Assembly: GCA_973895155.1 (NCBI GenBank)
Contig: OZ316893.1
Span: 23,334,015-23,398,014 of the forward strand
Origin: Marsupella aquatica
Lineage: Eukaryota; Plantae; Marchantiophyta
Reading direction: 5' to 3'
Length of the DNA stretch: 64,000 nucleotides
In this document: positions 61,151 to 64,000 of the stretch, piece by piece
Layout: the number at the start of each line of letters is the position of its first letter
Position numbering within the stretch: position 1 is the stretch's first letter
Position numbers and translations under genes: made by a program
Notes under the pieces: generated by a model
Database searches by the model: none
What the model was told of the DNA's origin: nothing
The model's input: only the letters and a program-made list of their open reading frames with translations

Positions 61151-64000
61151 CTTCTATGTTGGTGTTTGTTTGGAGCATGGCCTAAGTCAAAGGTGGGCAA
61201 TTGATTAAGTGTGGATAAGCACACCAGACCAAATTGAGAAATGCATCAGAGATGCAAAGGATTGCACACTATTAATTGATTGAGTACTCCATGAAGATAT
61301 TGAGAGATGGTTGCCCAAAGTATAGAAGTAAACCAGAAATCCAAACCATAGATTCATGGGATTGGATGTCAAAGGAGCAACTATTCTTACAAGATGGATT
61401 GTGGAACAAGAAAACCAACCAAAACTAGAGATGAGCATGTGCCAAAGCTAGATTGATACTAGGATTGGGTGTTCATTGCCATCCAACATACATTATAATT
61501 CACCATTCTTGTGGGTGCCCCTATGATATGGGATAGGCAAATGAGGATGCAAAGTTTGTGGGACAGTAAATTTATTCCAGAGCCATGTGTCTATTATTTA
61601 GAGATCTATAAATTGGATCTTATATGGACATCATTGGTAATTTTAGCAAGGGGGTCAACCTTTGCCACCTTAAGCCTATTTGCCCAATGCCCTAATGGGT
61701 ATTGGGTTGTGATACGATAGATTTGGCTACTAGATTTTTTAATAGAACCTTGGCCTAAGTAGGTTCATATTGCAGCGCAATCAAAGTAATTGAAAGCTAG
61801 GCCACAAACTCAGGCCAAGTGCTTTTATCAACCTCTTGGATTTGGCATCCATTGCAATTGGTAAGACAGTAAGTGTCCTCTAGCTAGACAGAGAAGTTCA
61901 TGTATTGATGTAGTACTGCAACCTTATTATAGCTAGAGAAAGATATATCCATGATTTAGGGTGCTAAACTAGGCCCCTTCAGCTAGCTCTTGGCCATGGA
62001 TCACTTTTGGGCTTCCAGTAACGTGCCAGTAACATGTCCCCCTTTAAGGAGTGTTTTCATCTATCAAGCTTGCCCCATCCATTTTTATGACCCACATCAG
62101 CATCTTCTACCTTTTGAGCGTCGTGGTGAAAACAACAAAATACTGAAGAAAGGTTGTTTTCTCTTGGTTACTTCAATCACTTCACTCAATTTCAAGGTAA
62201 AATATGATTTCTTTGTGAACTGTGAGCACGGCTCCCTTGCCTGGTATGAAAAACTAACCAAAGCTCCCAAAATTTCAAGCTATTTATGTGGTCCTGATCG
62301 AAAACACCTATTTTCACACCCATTTCAATACAAATAATCAAGAAGATTGCAATAAACTTATCATTGACACTTTAAGGCTTTGATCAATTGAGGTCCATGC
62401 CTTTACTCATTTTCAATATAGAAAAAACTGACTCATAAATCTACTTGAGATCTATCTTTTCAGCTGTAGGTTGCTTGTGATGTGGACGGATGATTGCTAG
62501 AGGCAAAAACAAGGATGACACCGGGGATGACACAAATCCACTTTGCTTTTCCACAATCAGAGTGTAGTGCTTTTTGAGATAACCATTTTTGGAATGAAAA
62601 AATCTCTAACCTTGATCTTGGAGAGGTTGTTGTTCTGAGTCGTACATCACAGGTTGGTGTGGCATACTCATCACTAAGAATACAATAAAACAATGTTTAT
62701 TGTACACCTCTGAGCCTTGTTTGGTCTTGTATCCTGCTCAATTTTTGTTGTTGAAATGGAACTCCTGGTAGCCCATAGTTTAAATGACCATGATTGTGGT
62801 TTAAAGAACAAAGGAGGTATCGGCCAAGAGCTTGTGTGTGTGTGGGGGGGGGGGGGGGGAGGGGCAGGAAACTCAAGGACCAACAACAGGCAGTCAAAAG
62901 GCAGGAAAAATGGTGAAAACAGTCTGCTTAGAAGAAAATTGACTGGGCAACTACACCAGACTTTCCTCGAAAGGGGTGTTTTTATAAAATAATATAAGCC
63001 GCAAAAACCCCACGGCAGGGGGAAGCAAGCAAAAAATGTACACATAAAAGACCAAAAAATAAGAAGCAGCCAGACAGGGCACAGCCTCCCTCCTATCACA
63101 CTTTGCAAAATCCAATGGACCCTAAACAACCTGCATCCATCCTATCCTCGGTGCCAGCAAGGGCAGCGTGCCCCAATAATTAGGTTTGCACTGAGAAGCA
63201 ACCACCCGTGGGCCAGCACAAAGAACCGCAGTAGAAGTATAAGCCCCTGATCGTTAGTCTAAACCAGGACCCTAGATCGCTGACGGTGAACAATCCTAAG
63301 GTCCTGTATATGATTTAATCTCAACCGTTATGCATTCAACCAGTTCCTGGCTCTTTGCAGTCTTCTATACTTCCTACCCTAAGGGAAATGCCTGCTAACA
63401 GCAAACAGGTTTTACACAGTTTCCGAGAGCACCAGTTTAAAATCAAAGGCACGCTTGTTCAGTTCGTTAAAAATTTAGGGTTTACTACACCAGACTTTGA
63501 GTCCTCCTAATCAGAAGACAAATCTACCTTGCTTCTAGTAGACAACCAGATTATTTAGTATCCAACACTCCATTACGTTGAGGAGAGACACTGAGCGGGA
63601 CACTGAGTGAGTCTTGATTGTTTTTGCCGTGACTATGAGCAACTGTGTTCATGAGGTTGTTGTCAATTGGTAGAGAAAATTGATGACAAGCCTGCTTCAA
63701 GAATATTTAAAAAAATAAAAAATCTGCTGAATACAAATCTACAAAGACTAGCTTCTAGTGATTTCTTTCTATTCGCGGGCTAATCTGTAGAATAGAAAGT
63801 TGAGCAATTGAGAAGTTGATTTCTTTTTCTTGGTTGAGTTACTAGTCACGTCTTGAATACTTCCTGTAGGTAGAAAATGAAGCTCCCACAGACCAAGCCC
63901 GTGAACCAGTGTTTCCGTTTGTGCTAATTTTTGCACATTTGCAACTAGGTGAAATGGCTTGTGAATGATCCAAGAGGATCCAAGAGGTTCTTAACAAGTT

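Noticed and set aside
1-64000. tRNA, rRNA or snRNA genes
   Set aside because: None was recognised by eye; tRNAscan-SE or Infernal would be needed to exclude them.

Overview
Eukaryotic genomic DNA from a non-flowering land plant. A bryophyte, probably a liverwort, is inferred from a spliced CDC14 gene and from the gene architecture. Intact genes: a multi-exon CDC14 phosphatase (minus strand, runs off the left edge), a 4-exon ERD7-like senescence/dehydration protein, an intronless group-C Raf-like kinase (CBC1/MRK1-like), an intronless TCP11-domain protein, an intronless fungal-type MFS transporter (Dal5/TNA1 family), and a 556-codon orphan Ser/Pro/Arg-rich ORF with a His/Cys tail. The intergenic DNA holds decayed TEs, a solo LTR, a MITE-like inverted repeat, many local tandem duplications, a TIR-type NB-ARC pseudogene and a possible F-box pseudogene. 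The most notable feature is the ascomycete-like transporter at 33049-34500, embedded in plant DNA: a candidate fungus-to-plant horizontal transfer with a duplicated 5' leader that creates a uORF, and an as-1-like element. All calls were made by eye and no database searches were run.
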